A stretch of DNA of 64,000 nucleotides from an uncultured Thermoplasmata archaeon (GCA_963730815.1 CAVSTD010000008.1:400693-464692), one strand, 5' to 3'; positions 36,434-47,474 are shown, numbered from the stretch's first letter. The notes: generated by a model from the sequence alone, not told the origin. Numbers and translations: made by a program.

Positions 36434-36479
36434 CACCCCCTAGGTCTCGCGCGCCGCCGGCTCGGAGAGCCGGTCGCGC

Positions 36480-39400
36480 ATGGAATCGACATCTTCCGGA
36501 TGGTGGCACCGTCACGGCTGGACGGTGGCGATTCTTCTCTCCGCGTTCGGGATCTCCTTCGCGCTCCGGACCATCTGGGCCTATCCGGTCGTTTCCCAGT
36601 GGGGACCGCTCTTCACCTACGCCGGCGGCTCGGACTCCTACTACCACTCCCGGGTGATGCAGTACATCATCCTCAACCATACGAATTTGATCCACGACCC
36701 GCTCCTCCAGTTCCCGGTCGGAGCGATCAACCCCCGAGAGCCGCTGTTCGACTGGATGAACGCGATCCTCGGGATCATCTTCGCCCCGTTCTTCGGCGGG
36801 AACGCCGTCGTGGCGGGCGCCTGGTTCCTGGACCTGCAGGCCCCGCTCTGGGCCGCGCTCGGCGTCTTCCCGGTCTACCTGATCGGCCGAGAGGTCTCGG
36901 GCCGACGGACGGGGCTCATCGCGGCGGTCATCTTCCCGTTCCTGAGCGGGAACATCGACTCCTCGATCTTCGGGTATGCGAACTATCTTTCGTTTTACAC
37001 TTTCATCATCCTCGTTGTCGTCTATTCGTACATCCGTACCGTCAAGGCGGTCGGAAGTCGACGTTGGGTCGAAGATTACCGCCACCCCCGACAGTACATC
37101 CCCGCGGTCCGCGCGTTCGTCCGTACGGAACGCAGCGCGGTGAAATGGGCCGTCTTCACGGGCGTCTCTCTCGGAACGCTCGCGCTGGCCTGGCAAGGGT
37201 ACACCTACGGCGTGGTCGTGATCGCGATCTCCCTCGTCGTCGCGATGGTGGTGGAGCGGATCCGCCGGGTGGACTCGTTCGGACTCTACGTCGCGACCTG
37301 GATCGTCGGGCTGGTCGGATTCCCGATGGCGATGCCCTACTACCTCGTCCAGCAGCAGTTCGCCGTATGGTTCGACCTTCCGCTGTTGATCTTCTTCGGC
37401 GCACTCGCCCTGCTGCTCCCGTTCCTCTTGATGCGGGACATCCCCTGGGTGTTCTCGGTCCCGTTCCTCGTGGCGGTTTTCGCCGCGGGCGTGGGCGCGC
37501 TCGCCATCGTGAGTCCCACCTACTTCACGTCCCTCGTCACCGGGCAGGGATACTTTGTCAAGAACCTGATCTATTCGACCGTCGCCGAGGCCCAGGCTCC
37601 CTCGATCGACCAGTTGGTCCTCGGCTACGGCGTCGTGACGTTCTTCCTCGCGTTCGCCGGGCTCGCCATCTTCGTCTACCTCCTCGTCCAGGGTCGCTTC
37701 AAACGACACCACGTCGTGTTCCTCGTCTTCTCCCTCCTCTCGCTCTACCTTCCGATATCCGCCGCGAAGTTCTTCCTCGTCGGCTCGCCGATCTTCGCAC
37801 TGCTACCGGCCGAGGCGATACGTCGGGCGCTCGACGTCGCCGGGTACGGGGAGCTGCGAAGAACCACGGCGTCCCTCTCCGACCGGAGAAGCCAGTTCTC
37901 CGCCTTCCGCAAGGCGTTCAAGCCGCGCCACGTCCTCGTGATGGCGCTCGTCCTCATCGTCGTGCTCCCCAACGTGTGGGTCGCGATCGACGCGGGCATT
38001 CCGGGCAACACCAAATCCGAGTACGCGGCCCAGGTTGGGGCCACTTTGCCGCCCTGGCTCCAGCTCAATACGTCCAACCCGTCGAACTATTACTTCGGGG
38101 CCGCGGGGACCTCCCTCGACACTCCGAACCAGTACGATAGCGCCGGGTACAATTGGCTCGCCCAGCAGGACACGAACGTTCCGGCCCCGCAGCGTCCGGC
38201 CTTTGTCAGTTGGTGGGATTACGGATTCCAGGCGATCGCCCAGGGAGCCCACCCGAGCGTCGCCGACAACTTCCAGAACGGGATCGACCCCGCGGGACAG
38301 TTCCTCCTCTCCCAGAATGAATCGCAGGCGATCGGCGTGCTCGCCACCACGCTCCTCGCCGCCGAGCAGCGCGCATCGGGGTTGCCCGACCTCCCGCCCG
38401 CCCTCAACCAGATCCTCGCTGCCGACGGGCTCAACACGAATCAGCTCCATAACCTGCTCGTCAACACGGGCTCGGACTACAACCTCGTGGTCGCCCACCC
38501 CGAGCGGTATCTCCCCGTCGACGCGAGCACGATCACCCCGGTGAATGCGATGTATCTCGCGATGGCCTACTTCCTCGCGACCTCTCTGCCCCTCAACGGG
38601 GTCGCGAAGGTCTACAACGACATCCAGTCGTACACGGGCTGGTCGATCCGCTATACGATGACCGACACGCGGCTCTTCCCGTTCAGCGGCACCGACACCG
38701 GCATTTTCTACGCTCCGGCGGAGCTCACCGGACGGGTCATCGATTCGACCGGCGCGCCCTCTACGTTCTTCAATCTGAGCGTGCTCGGGTCCGACGGCAA
38801 CTACTACTCGCCCAACCATCTGCCCGCGGGGGTCACCCAGGTCGGCTCGCCGGTCGTCAACTACTTCGCCCCGTTCTATAACTCGATGATCTACCGAACG
38901 TACATCGGGTACAACGGGACGGACATCGGTTCGAGTCCCGGCATCCCGGGCCTCTCCTCCTCCCTCGCGAACGCGACGATCGAGCCGGGCTGGATGCTCC
39001 AGCATTTCCAGGTCGTCTACAAGACCGCGTACCTCTGCTCGCTGCCCAATGACGGCGGAAACTGCATCGCGGACAACGAACCGGCCGCGGTCGCCGGCGC
39101 CGCCCGCATCAACGGCTCCGCCGACACGACCGCCTTCACCTACTTCAGCGGGGGCGAGTCGATGCTCGAGTACTATCCCGGCGAGACCCTCCTCGGGGAC
39201 GTCCAGCTCCCGGACGGCTCGCCCGTCGGCGGCGCGCGGGTGACGGTCTACGATGGCTGGGGGATCCCGCATCAGACCGTCCTGACCGCCCCGGACGGCA
39301 CCTTCTCGCTCGTCCTGCCTCCCGGCAACGACACCGTGAACGTCACCATGGGGACGTTCGACGGGCTGACGCAGGCCGGCGGCACCCTCCTGAGCTCCGC

Positions 39401-42400
39401 GAAGATCGTCGTCCCGAACGCGGTCGGCCTCAGCTACAACGCCCCAAATCTGGTCCAGACGTTCACAGTAGGCGGCGGCTCCATCCAGGGCTTCGTCTTC
39501 TGGCAGTTCGGGACCAACTCCTCGGTACTCGCCTCCCGCGGATACGCTCGTCTCGGGCGCCCAGGTGGTTTTCAGCGGAACGAACCTGACCCAGCACACG
39601 GCGACGACGGATGCCAGCGGTTCGTTCAACCTGACCAACGTGGCGCCGGGGGTCTACAGCTACCATGTCCTCTACGGCGGGCAGAATTACACCGAGAGCA
39701 GCATCACCGTCAATCCCGGCAAGAGCTCGAACGCGACCGCCGGGCTCGCGGCGGCGACCGTCCTCGGAACGGTGAGCACCTCGAGCGGACACCCACTCCC
39801 CGGAGCGACCGTGTTCCTCGGGGGACCGAGCGGAACGCTCGCATCGACCACTTCGGGTGCCACGGGCGACTACCGGCTCGGCAGTGTCGGAGCGGGCAAC
39901 TATACGCTCCTCGCCGCGGTGGCCGGGTCGGACCTTCGCTCGGCCGGTGTGCCCATCACGCTCACCGCGGGGAATCTCAACGTGAGCGAGAACCTCACCG
40001 TCCGCCCGACGGGAAGCGCCACCTTCGTACTGACCGCGGGCGATGCCGCCGCCGCGAACATCCCTGTCCGGTTCACGCCGATCGCGACCTACTCCAACAG
40101 CTCGGTCTCCCCTCTTGCCTCGCTCGGGAATGCCTCCCGAAATTCCACCGTCCTTCTGAGTTCGGGCTCCGGGGCCGCCGCCGCCGCCCTCCCGCCCGGG
40201 AACTACTCGGTGTACGCTTCCGGGGTCATCAACGGCGTTCAGTACGTCGGTCTCGGCGAGGCCCTCGTCACCGCCGGGTCCGCGTCGACCTCCCTACTCG
40301 CCCTCGCTCCGGCGCTCCGGCTCTCGGGCAACGTGGCGGCCGTGGGCCCGCAGACGAACCAGACCCAAACGGCGGTGATCGCGTACGCGCCGAATGGGGA
40401 CGAGGTCGTGACGTGGGCCACCGGAGGGGCCTATTCATTCTCGCTGCCCGCCGGCAATTACGGCGTGCTGGCTCTGGAGGGGCCGAAGAACGAGGCGAAC
40501 TCGGTTTGGACCGCGCTCGCCGGGGTCACTCTCTCGACCGCGACGACTCTGCCGATCGACCCGGTGGCGGCCGCGAGGGTCGCTTTCACGGTCGGGGCGC
40601 CGCTGGCGGGCGGGACCCTCTTCCCCGCGGGCGGGGCGACGGTGTTCGTCAGCGAGGGCACCAGTGGGCCCTCGATACCGGTGACCTCGAGCGGCAACGG
40701 CTCGGTCGCGCTGTACGTGCCGACCACGCTGCCCCTCACGGCGAGTTCGTACTGCGTGCGCGCGAGCGCCCTCGGGTTCGCCTCGACGACCATGTGCGGC
40801 CTCTCTCCGAGCGCGCTCGCCGCGCTGACCCAGCTCGTGACATCCCTCGACCCGGTCCCCGTGACGATCACCGTCCTCGGGCTCCCGTCAGGGAGCTCCG
40901 TTCAGGTCAACCTTACCGCGGTGAGCTCAACGGCTGTCAACCAGACGCTTTCGGGCGGACCGGATTTCTCGTTGAATGTGGCACCCGGTCTTTACACGAT
41001 CGCGGCCCGGGCCGTGGTCGGAGGGACGGTCATCTACCTTCCTCCGGGTCCATTCTCCACGGCGATCCCGCTCGGGACCACCAGCTACGACGTGACGCTT
41101 CTCATGATTCCACAGGTGAACTCTACGGGGACGCTGACGGTTCCAAGCGGCGTGCCGCTCGGGAACGTCAATGTCTCGCTCTCCTCGCCGGGGCTCAATG
41201 TGACCGTGAACGGCAGCACGTTCGAGAGCGGTTTCTTCGCCGCTCCCGGGACGTATTCGGCCTACGCGACCGCCACGGCGGGCGGCACCACCTACGCGAG
41301 CCTCTCCCGGGTGACCATCGCTTCGAGCGGAGCGGTCTCTCCGGCGATCGTGCTTTCCGGCGCCGGGCCTCGGCTGACGGGGACGCTGGTGAACGCTTCC
41401 GGCGCGACCGTCCCCCTCAACGCGACCGCGTTCGTGGTTGCCCCCGGCGGGGCGGTCGCTGTCGCGAATTCGGTCGACGGCATCTTCTCTCTGCCGCTCA
41501 ACTCCGGGACGACCTATGCGGTCTTCGTCAACGGCACGACCGTGACGCCGGGACCGAACGGCAGCTTCGTTCAGTCCTGGAGCGCCGCCGCGGGGGCCAG
41601 CTGTTCGCTCGGGGCCGTGAACACGTCGTGTGATGTACCCTTGGTAGGGGTCCCCCGGTTCGTGTACCTCAATGGGACCCTGGTCGCGTCGGGCGTCCCG
41701 GGGACCGTGCCCGGCACGTTGCGGTTGGTGGGTCCGTACCCGTCGACCAACGTGACCGTAGTGACCACGGCCACCGGGTCGTTCTCGGCTTCCCTGCTCC
41801 CGGGCGCGTATTCCCTCTATGCGACGGGCGGAGGGTCGGTCGAACCGCTCGCGAACCTTACGAGCATTCTGGCTCTTCGATCGAGTTCCAGCCCGCTTTC
41901 CGTCTCGCTCTCGCCGACCTGGGTCGACACGATCTCCGTCGTTCCCCCGGGCGGCCCCGGTGGGGGCATCGGCCCGGTCACGGTAACTATCACCGACGCG
42001 CTCGGGACCCGGACGCTGTATTCCGGTCAGTCCCCGAGCTCCCCGCTCCTGCTCGCCCTCCCCGCGGGGACCTACCTTATCCGGGCGACGGCGGCCGGTT
42101 CCTACGGCGGAGTTCCTTCGAACGCCTCCGCGCAGTCGACGGTCACGATCCTCAACGGCAACGTGGGCACGGTCCTTCCGCTGACGTACGTCACGACCAC
42201 GGCCGTCGCGGGGAACCTAATTGGTCCTACGTCGACGACCGTCCAAGCCGGAGGGACCGCGACGTTCTCGTTCTCGCTGCGCAATTCCGGCAACGTCCCG
42301 GTGACCGTCCACCCGGTCGGTACGCCGGCCTACTGGACGTTCGACTTCAACTTCGGTAACGTCACGCTCCTTCCGGGCCCGAGCGGCACGGTGGTCGCCG

Positions 42401-43074
42401 GCGAAGTCCGAGTGCTGATTCCGGCCGGGACCGATGTCGCCCACCCCGGGGTGACGGTCGAGTTTGAGAACGCCACCGGCACGATCTTCGGGTCGGTGAG
42501 TCCGGCGCCCACCATCAACGTTGTCGGGTACTACGGGCTCCTCGCCGGGTATTCGCCCCTTCCGGGCCAGGTGACCGCATCGGTCGCGATTCTTCCGTTC
42601 TACATCGTGAACACGGGCAACGTCGGCGAGACCGTCGTCGCCACCGTCACGGACTCGGCGCAGCTCTCGGGGCTCGGCTGGGCAAGCGGATTCCAGTTGG
42701 GGGCGGGCGGGGCCGCGACCCCGTCGCTTCAGACGTACCTCTCGACCGGTGGCAACACCACCGTCTACCTGAATCTGACCGCGACCTCCTCCATCTTCAT
42801 CACGCCGCGGTCGGCGACCGTCTCGCTCTCCGTCCTCAATGCATCGGGGAGCGTCTCCGAGACCCTGACGTTGAACGTGCCGGTCGTCTCGGTCAGCGCG
42901 GGCACCGGTCCTGGCTCCCCGCCCGTTACGGTCACCGGCCCCTCGGTCGGTCCGCAACCGAATGCCCCGCTGGTTTGGCTCGTGCCACTCCTCTCGTTTG
43001 TTCCGGCGATCGCCCTCGTCGTCGGCGTGGTCACGTATCGATGGTGGCGCACCCGGAGGTGGACGCGGCGATGA
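36480..43074 (+). CDS. aglB: giant oligosaccharyltransferase AglB/STT3 fused to an Ig-like/carboxypeptidase-regulatory repeat array and C-terminal TM anchor (one frame break at ~39535-39541)
   Basis: ORF 36480..41633 carries multi-TM STT3 with SWWDYGFQ (WWDYG). From ~39541 the coherent reading continues in ORF 39565..43074 (..NSSVLAS|ADTLVSGAQVVFSGTNLTQHTATTDASGSFNL..). The frame-1 tail after that point is Arg/Gly-rich noise. Confidence 0.85.
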
Positions 43075-43904
43075 ACCGCCGACGTAACGCTATTGCCGTC
43101 CTCGGTCTCGTGCTGCTGCTCGCGGCCCCGACGTTCCTCATCGCGGTCTCGGCCGTCGCGCCGAGCGCGCGGGCGGCGACGACCGAGGCCGTGACCGGTT
43201 CGGTCAGCGGACCCGGCATCGTCGCCACCGGCTCCACCACCCTCTTCTACGTGTACGGGTGGGGCGGCCCGGCCGTGGCGTTCAACGCCACCGTGGTCGG
43301 GACGATCAAGTATTACTCTGCGCTCTCGGGCTCCAACCTCACCGGGGTCTCGTTCACGCCGGCGACGGGGAATATCACCTCGAACCAGTCGGTCCTGGTG
43401 GACCTCGCCGTCGGGAACGCCACGGAGACGATCACGATCAGCGTGATGATCTCCTCCCTCAACTCGAACGCGAGCGAGAATCAGTCGACGAACGTCTCCA
43501 CGACGGTCCACATCGTCCAACCGTATGTGATCTCGGCGACGATCGTGAACTCCTCGGCCACGACGGTCAGCGCGTTCGTCGTGTACGTGACCCTGGACGG
43601 CTCGATGGTCGGACGAGTGAACGTCACGAGCCTCGCCGCCGGTAAGTCGTTCCAACTGGTCTACCAGTACGCGACTTTAGGTCTCTCGAGCGGCGAGCAT
43701 ACGTTCGGGATCTCGCTCGCCCAGGAGCACGGGCTCGTCACGTTCCCGAACGGTCAGACGCAGTACACCGTGAACGTGTACGTCAACGGACCCGCTCCGG
43801 ACTACACGCTGTGGTATGTCGCCGGAATCGTGACGTTCTTCGGCGTCCTCTTTATATTCGCATCCCGGGTGGCCGCGCGCCGGCGAGGCGCGGCGCGTCG
43901 TTGA
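43071..43904 (+). CDS. secreted, C-terminally anchored sequon-rich protein
   Basis: ATG 43071 overlaps the aglB stop (ATGA). Signal peptide MNRRRNAIAVLGLVLLLAAPTFLIAVSAVAPSARA, ~10 N-x-S/T sequons, C-terminal TM WYVAGIVTFFGVLFIFA plus RRRGAARR. Confidence 0.7.
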   Translation: MNRRRNAIAVLGLVLLLAAPTFLIAVSAVAPSARAATTEAVTGSVSGPGIVATGSTTLFYVYGWGGPAVAFNATVVGTIKYYSALSGSNLTGVSFTPATGNITSNQSVLVDLAVGNATETITISVMISSLNSNASENQSTNVSTTVHIVQPYVISATIVNSSATTVSAFVVYVTLDGSMVGRVNVTSLAAGKSFQLVYQYATLGLSSGEHTFGISLAQEHGLVTFPNGQTQYTVNVYVNGPAPDYTLWYVAGIVTFFGVLFIFASRVAARRRGAARR

Positions 43905-43925
43905 CCGGCGAAGGACCTCGATAGC

Positions 43926-44102
43926 ATGATGTCGGCGCGGATCGAATTGCGATGCTCCTCGTGCGGCCGCACCGTGCCCGCGAAGGGGGCGACCCAGTTT
44001 CCGTGCCCGAACTGCGGCGAGACGACCATCGGGCGATGCGCGCGCTGCCGGGACCAGAGCGTGCTCTACCGGTGCACGAAGTGCGGCTTCGAGGGACCGT
44101 AG
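43926..44102 (+). CDS. Zn-ribbon protein (DUF1610-like; conserved neighbour of aEF-1beta)
   Basis: 58-aa ORF below the track cutoff: MMSARIELRCSSCGRTVPAKGATQFPCPNCGETTIGRCARCRDQSVLYRCTKCGFEGP (four CxxC pairs). Confidence 0.7.
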   Translation: MMSARIELRCSSCGRTVPAKGATQFPCPNCGETTIGRCARCRDQSVLYRCTKCGFEGP

Positions 44103-44110
44103 GGGGCTCG

Positions 44111-44377
44111 GTGGGCCAGGTCGCCGTACTGTTCCGGCTGATGCCGCAGGGCGTCGAGACCGACCTCAACGAGGTCGCGAAGACGGTCCGCACCTCCCTG
44201 CCCGCGGGCGTCACGATCCGGGGCATGCAGGTCAAGGACATCGCGTTCGGCCTCAAGTCGCTCCTCGTCTCGGTCGTGATGGACGACGCGGGCGGGGTGC
44301 TCGAATCGACCGAGCGCGCGTTCGCGAAGGTCCCGCACGTGGAGTCGGTCGAAGTGATGGAGGAGGGGCTCCTCTAG
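44111..44377 (+). CDS. ef1b: translation elongation factor aEF-1 beta
   Basis: GTG 44111 inside ORF 43952..44377. GQVAVLFRLMPQGVETDLNEVAKTVR..IAFGLKSLLVSVVMDDAGG..VESVEV, ~88 aa, the typical aEF-1beta pattern. Confidence 0.85.
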   Translation: MGQVAVLFRLMPQGVETDLNEVAKTVRTSLPAGVTIRGMQVKDIAFGLKSLLVSVVMDDAGGVLESTERAFAKVPHVESVEVMEEGLL

Positions 44378-44399
44378 GGAAGCCCGTCCCGGGGCTACC

Positions 44400-45383
44400 G
44401 TGGACCTCCTCACGCACGTACTCGTCGCCTACCTTCTGACCTACGGTCTCGTCGGGCTCCAGCCCCAGTATCTCGCCGCCGGGGCGCTCGCCGGGGGCAT
44501 CCCGGACGCGGACGCGCTCCTCTTCCCGCTCTCTCGGCGCTTTCCGATCCTCCGCCACCACGGGATCACGCACTCGCTCCTCGGCGTGACCATCGTGGCG
44601 AGCGTCGGGGCGTTCGTCGCGCCGATGATCCTCGCCGGCTCTCCCCTCGTCTACTTCCTCGTCATGGAGGTCGGCGGGATCGCCCACATCCTCCAGGACG
44701 GGTTCACCCAGTTCTCCGTCCCGCCGCTGATGCCGTTCTCCGATAAGCGCCTCCAGCTGGACGCCGACCGGGCGATCAACTTCGTCACCCTCGTCGTCTC
44801 CGCGGTCGGGTTCTACGTCCTCCTCGGCGTCGAGCGGAATCACGTCGCCCTCGGGGTCTACGTCGGAACCCTCTGGGTGCTGACGGCCTTCTTCGTGGCG
44901 TACTTCGCGATCCGGCTCGCGGGTCGCGCCGCGATCGGCAAGCACCGGATGCTGCTCGGGGTGCGCGCGCAACCCGTTCCGAGCGGGAACCCGTTCCGCT
45001 GGATGCTCCTTTCCGAGGAGCTCAAGGACGGACGAATGCGGACCACGTGGGCTCGCTACGTGCTCGGCCGGGGCATCACGGAGGGTCCCTTCAGCGTCGA
45101 GGGGCCGATGGAGCCCGCCGCCCACCTCGGGGCCCCGGCCAACGCAACGGAGGCGCTCGAGTGGTCGTACCCGCTCGCGCGCCGAGCGAGCCGGGTGATC
45201 GAGACGACGTACCATTTCGGCGAGGCGTTCCAGGAGGCGGCGGGGACGTGGGTCGCGGTCTGGTATTCGCTCGAGTTCACGATGTTCGGTCGCTCTCCCG
45301 CCGTCCGGGTGCGCTTCCCGACCCAGGGCGGGCCGGCGGAGGTCCACTCGACGTTCTATCGGCCGGTCCAGCACTCGATCTAG
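44400..45383 (+). CDS. membrane-bound metal-dependent hydrolase (DUF457/YdjM-like) with soluble C-terminal domain
   Basis: MDLLTHVLVAYLL.., GGIPDADALL, HHGITHSLLG, HILQDGF. Confidence 0.75.
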   Translation: MDLLTHVLVAYLLTYGLVGLQPQYLAAGALAGGIPDADALLFPLSRRFPILRHHGITHSLLGVTIVASVGAFVAPMILAGSPLVYFLVMEVGGIAHILQDGFTQFSVPPLMPFSDKRLQLDADRAINFVTLVVSAVGFYVLLGVERNHVALGVYVGTLWVLTAFFVAYFAIRLAGRAAIGKHRMLLGVRAQPVPSGNPFRWMLLSEELKDGRMRTTWARYVLGRGITEGPFSVEGPMEPAAHLGAPANATEALEWSYPLARRASRVIETTYHFGEAFQEAAGTWVAVWYSLEFTMFGRSPAVRVRFPTQGGPAEVHSTFYRPVQHSI

Positions 45384-45424
45384 TCGGTTCGGTGGCGCGG
45401 CCGGCGCCGGAAGCGAGGGGGCCG

Positions 45425-45703
45425 CTACTTGTACGTCGAGCGGTGTGTGGTGCCCTCGTCGTCGACGATCGTGATGCATTCCCCTTCGCACTCGAAGAGG
45501 CAGGCCTCGCACATGATACAGTCCGGGCCGTGGATGACGGCCGAGCGCTCGCCCCGGAACTGGAACTTCGCGGCGACGGCGGGGTCGTCCACGACGTCGG
45601 GCCAGTTCTCGCGCGGCTTCATCTCGAAGACCGTCACGGGGCAAACGTCCCGGCAATGCGCACACCCCGTGCACTTTTCTAGAGCGACTTCAACACTGAC
45701 CAT
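45425..45703 (-). CDS. 4Fe-4S ferredoxin
   Basis: CTGCAHCRDVCP and CIMCEACLFEC cluster motifs. AT-rich box AATATATT lies ~30 nt upstream on the reverse strand. Confidence 0.85.
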   Translation of the reverse strand: MVSVEVALEKCTGCAHCRDVCPVTVFEMKPRENWPDVVDDPAVAAKFQFRGERSAVIHGPDCIMCEACLFECEGECITIVDDEGTTHRSTYK

Positions 45704-45807
45704 AGGATACCGGTTTTCCCACCGAGGCGGAATATATTAAGCCGTTCCGTCGAGGAGCGTTCCGCTCGCCGGCCGGCGGTCGTGTTAGCCTGCGACGCGG
45801 CGGTTTT

Positions 45808-46659
45808 TCACGGGATTTCAGAAGGGTCCCACATGCCGACGCGCGGACCTCCCCGGAGCCCGTCCAGGGCGGCGACCTCACGCGCGGAGAGGGAGAAATC
45901 GAAGACCTGAGCGTTCTCGCGGATCCGCTCGCGGTGGACGGACTTCGGGATCTCGACGACCCCGTGCTCGAGGCCCCAGCGGATAAGCACCTGGGCGGGA
46001 GTCCGGTGACGGGCGGCCGCGATCGACTGGATCGTCGGGTCGTCGAGGCGGCGCCCGCGCGTCAGCGGCGACCAGGCCTCGAGGCGGATGCCGAGGCGCT
46101 CGCAGTAGGCGAGGAGCTCGGGATTGAACACGAACGGATGGAACTCGACCTGATTGACGGCGGGCACGACCGAGGAATGGGTCCGCAGCTCCTCGAGGTG
46201 GCGGATGGTGTAGTTGCTGACGCCGATTGCCCGGCAGACCCCCTCCTTCTGGAGTTGGACGAGGGCTTTCCACGAATCGAGTCGGTCCTGCGGTGAGTTG
46301 GCGCGGGGCCAGTGAATGAGATAGAGGTCGATCGGTCCGAGTCCGAGCCGTTCGGCGCTGGCCCTACCCGCTTTCAGCGCGGGCTCAAAGCCGTGGTCCG
46401 TGTGCCAGAGCTTGGTGGTGACGAACACCTCGTCCCGGGCGAGCCCGCTCTGTCGTACCGCCTCTCCGACGTCCGATTCGTTGCGGTACATCGCTGCGGT
46501 GTCGATGGCGCGATACCCGGTCTCGAGAGCGTAGCGGGCGGCATCGCGGGTCACCGGGCCCGGCTCGGACTGGAAGACTCCGAGACCGAGCCACGGGATC
46601 TCGGGCCCTTGGTTGAGCTTCACCCGCGAGGCGATCGACGCGCCGCTCGGAAATGGCAT
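45808..46659 (-). CDS. aldo/keto reductase
   Basis: LGLGVFQ.., GYRAIDTAAMYRNE, LYLIHWP, IPKSVHRERIREN. Confidence 0.9.
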   Translation of the reverse strand: MPFPSGASIASRVKLNQGPEIPWLGLGVFQSEPGPVTRDAARYALETGYRAIDTAAMYRNESDVGEAVRQSGLARDEVFVTTKLWHTDHGFEPALKAGRASAERLGLGPIDLYLIHWPRANSPQDRLDSWKALVQLQKEGVCRAIGVSNYTIRHLEELRTHSSVVPAVNQVEFHPFVFNPELLAYCERLGIRLEAWSPLTRGRRLDDPTIQSIAAARHRTPAQVLIRWGLEHGVVEIPKSVHRERIRENAQVFDFSLSAREVAALDGLRGGPRVGMWDPSEIP

Positions 46660-46683
46660 GGTGAGGTCAGGAAACGCAGAGGC

Positions 46684-46989
46684 TTATCGTGCGCGCCCCG
46701 GGGCGGAAGTGCCGGCGGCAATGGAACGAAACCGCGCGGGGATTCCTCGTTCTTTAAGTCGTTGGTCGTACCGTCGGAGCTGAGTCTCGTGTTCGGGGCA
46801 AACGGAGAATGGCCTCCACATCGCGTCCGCCCGAGAACGGTCGGCTCCGGCGGCGTACAGCTCGACTTGGCTCGGCCGATCGTCGCACCCGCCACCGTCC
46901 TCCGCCGAGGGTTCGCCCAACGTCGACCGGTAGGCGAAGTCGTACGCGGCCCCCATGTCGCAGAGCGGTCGCTGGAAAAGGTGGCTCAT
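46684..46989 (-). CDS. hypothetical protein
   Basis: ATG 46989 inside ORF 46684..47073 (MSHLFQRPLCDMGAAYDF...CPEHETQLRRYDQRLKERG). No recognised family. Confidence 0.3.
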   Translation of the reverse strand: MSHLFQRPLCDMGAAYDFAYRSTLGEPSAEDGGGCDDRPSQVELYAAGADRSRADAMWRPFSVCPEHETQLRRYDQRLKERGIPARFRSIAAGTSAPGRAR

Positions 46990-47030
46990 GCACCACTCAC
47001 CCGTTCGTTCGGCGTTTCGGCAGTTGGTGG

Positions 47031-47321
47031 TCAGATCGTCCGGATGAGTTCGGCGAACTCCGCCGCCGACCAACCTTTCAGCGTCGTCGTACGGACGAAA
47101 CCGGCCATGCCGGCTCGCAACGCCAGTTGGTTCGCCGCGTTGTCGGACGGCAGCTCGACGGCACAGACCAGGTCGTACGTCCCCATCGTGTGCAGGAACG
47201 AGAGGACCTTTCCGCCGGCTTGCTCCACCGACTTGCGGAACGATTCGCCGCGGCTCGGTGAGTCCTTCACGTTTCGAATTCCCTCGGCGGTCCAGTTCAC
47301 CAAGATCACGTAGGACGGCAT
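47031..47321 (-). CDS. GYD-domain protein
   Basis: MPSYVILVNWTAEGIRNVKDSP...HTMGTYDLVCAVELPSD (GxYD motif), ~96 aa. Confidence 0.8.
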   Translation of the reverse strand: MPSYVILVNWTAEGIRNVKDSPSRGESFRKSVEQAGGKVLSFLHTMGTYDLVCAVELPSDNAANQLALRAGMAGFVRTTTLKGWSAAEFAELIRTI

Positions 47322-47474
47322 GGTGCTCCCGGGAGGCGGGACGGGTGCCCCCCTACAAAACCGTTGGCGGGCCTGCGGGTTCCTCGACGACCGTCGAAGC
47401 TATGACCCCCACCGCGGCTCGGCCGGATTCGCGCGCTTTCTCTGGACAAACGCGCGGGACGGATACGGAAATCG

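Noticed and set aside
39542-41633. Frame-1 continuation of ORF 36480..41633 beyond the AglB repeat junction
   Set aside because: The translation turns into Arg/Gly/Pro-rich noise (..GRPGGFQRNEPDPAHGDDGCQRF..), while the overlapping frame of ORF 39565..43074 continues the Ig-like repeat pattern.
39100-43074. Periodic sequence similarity that might suggest a CRISPR or other tandem DNA repeat array
   Set aside because: The periodicity is at the protein-domain level (~270-300 nt, diverged) and lies inside one open reading frame. There are no short identical repeats separated by unique spacers anywhere in the window.
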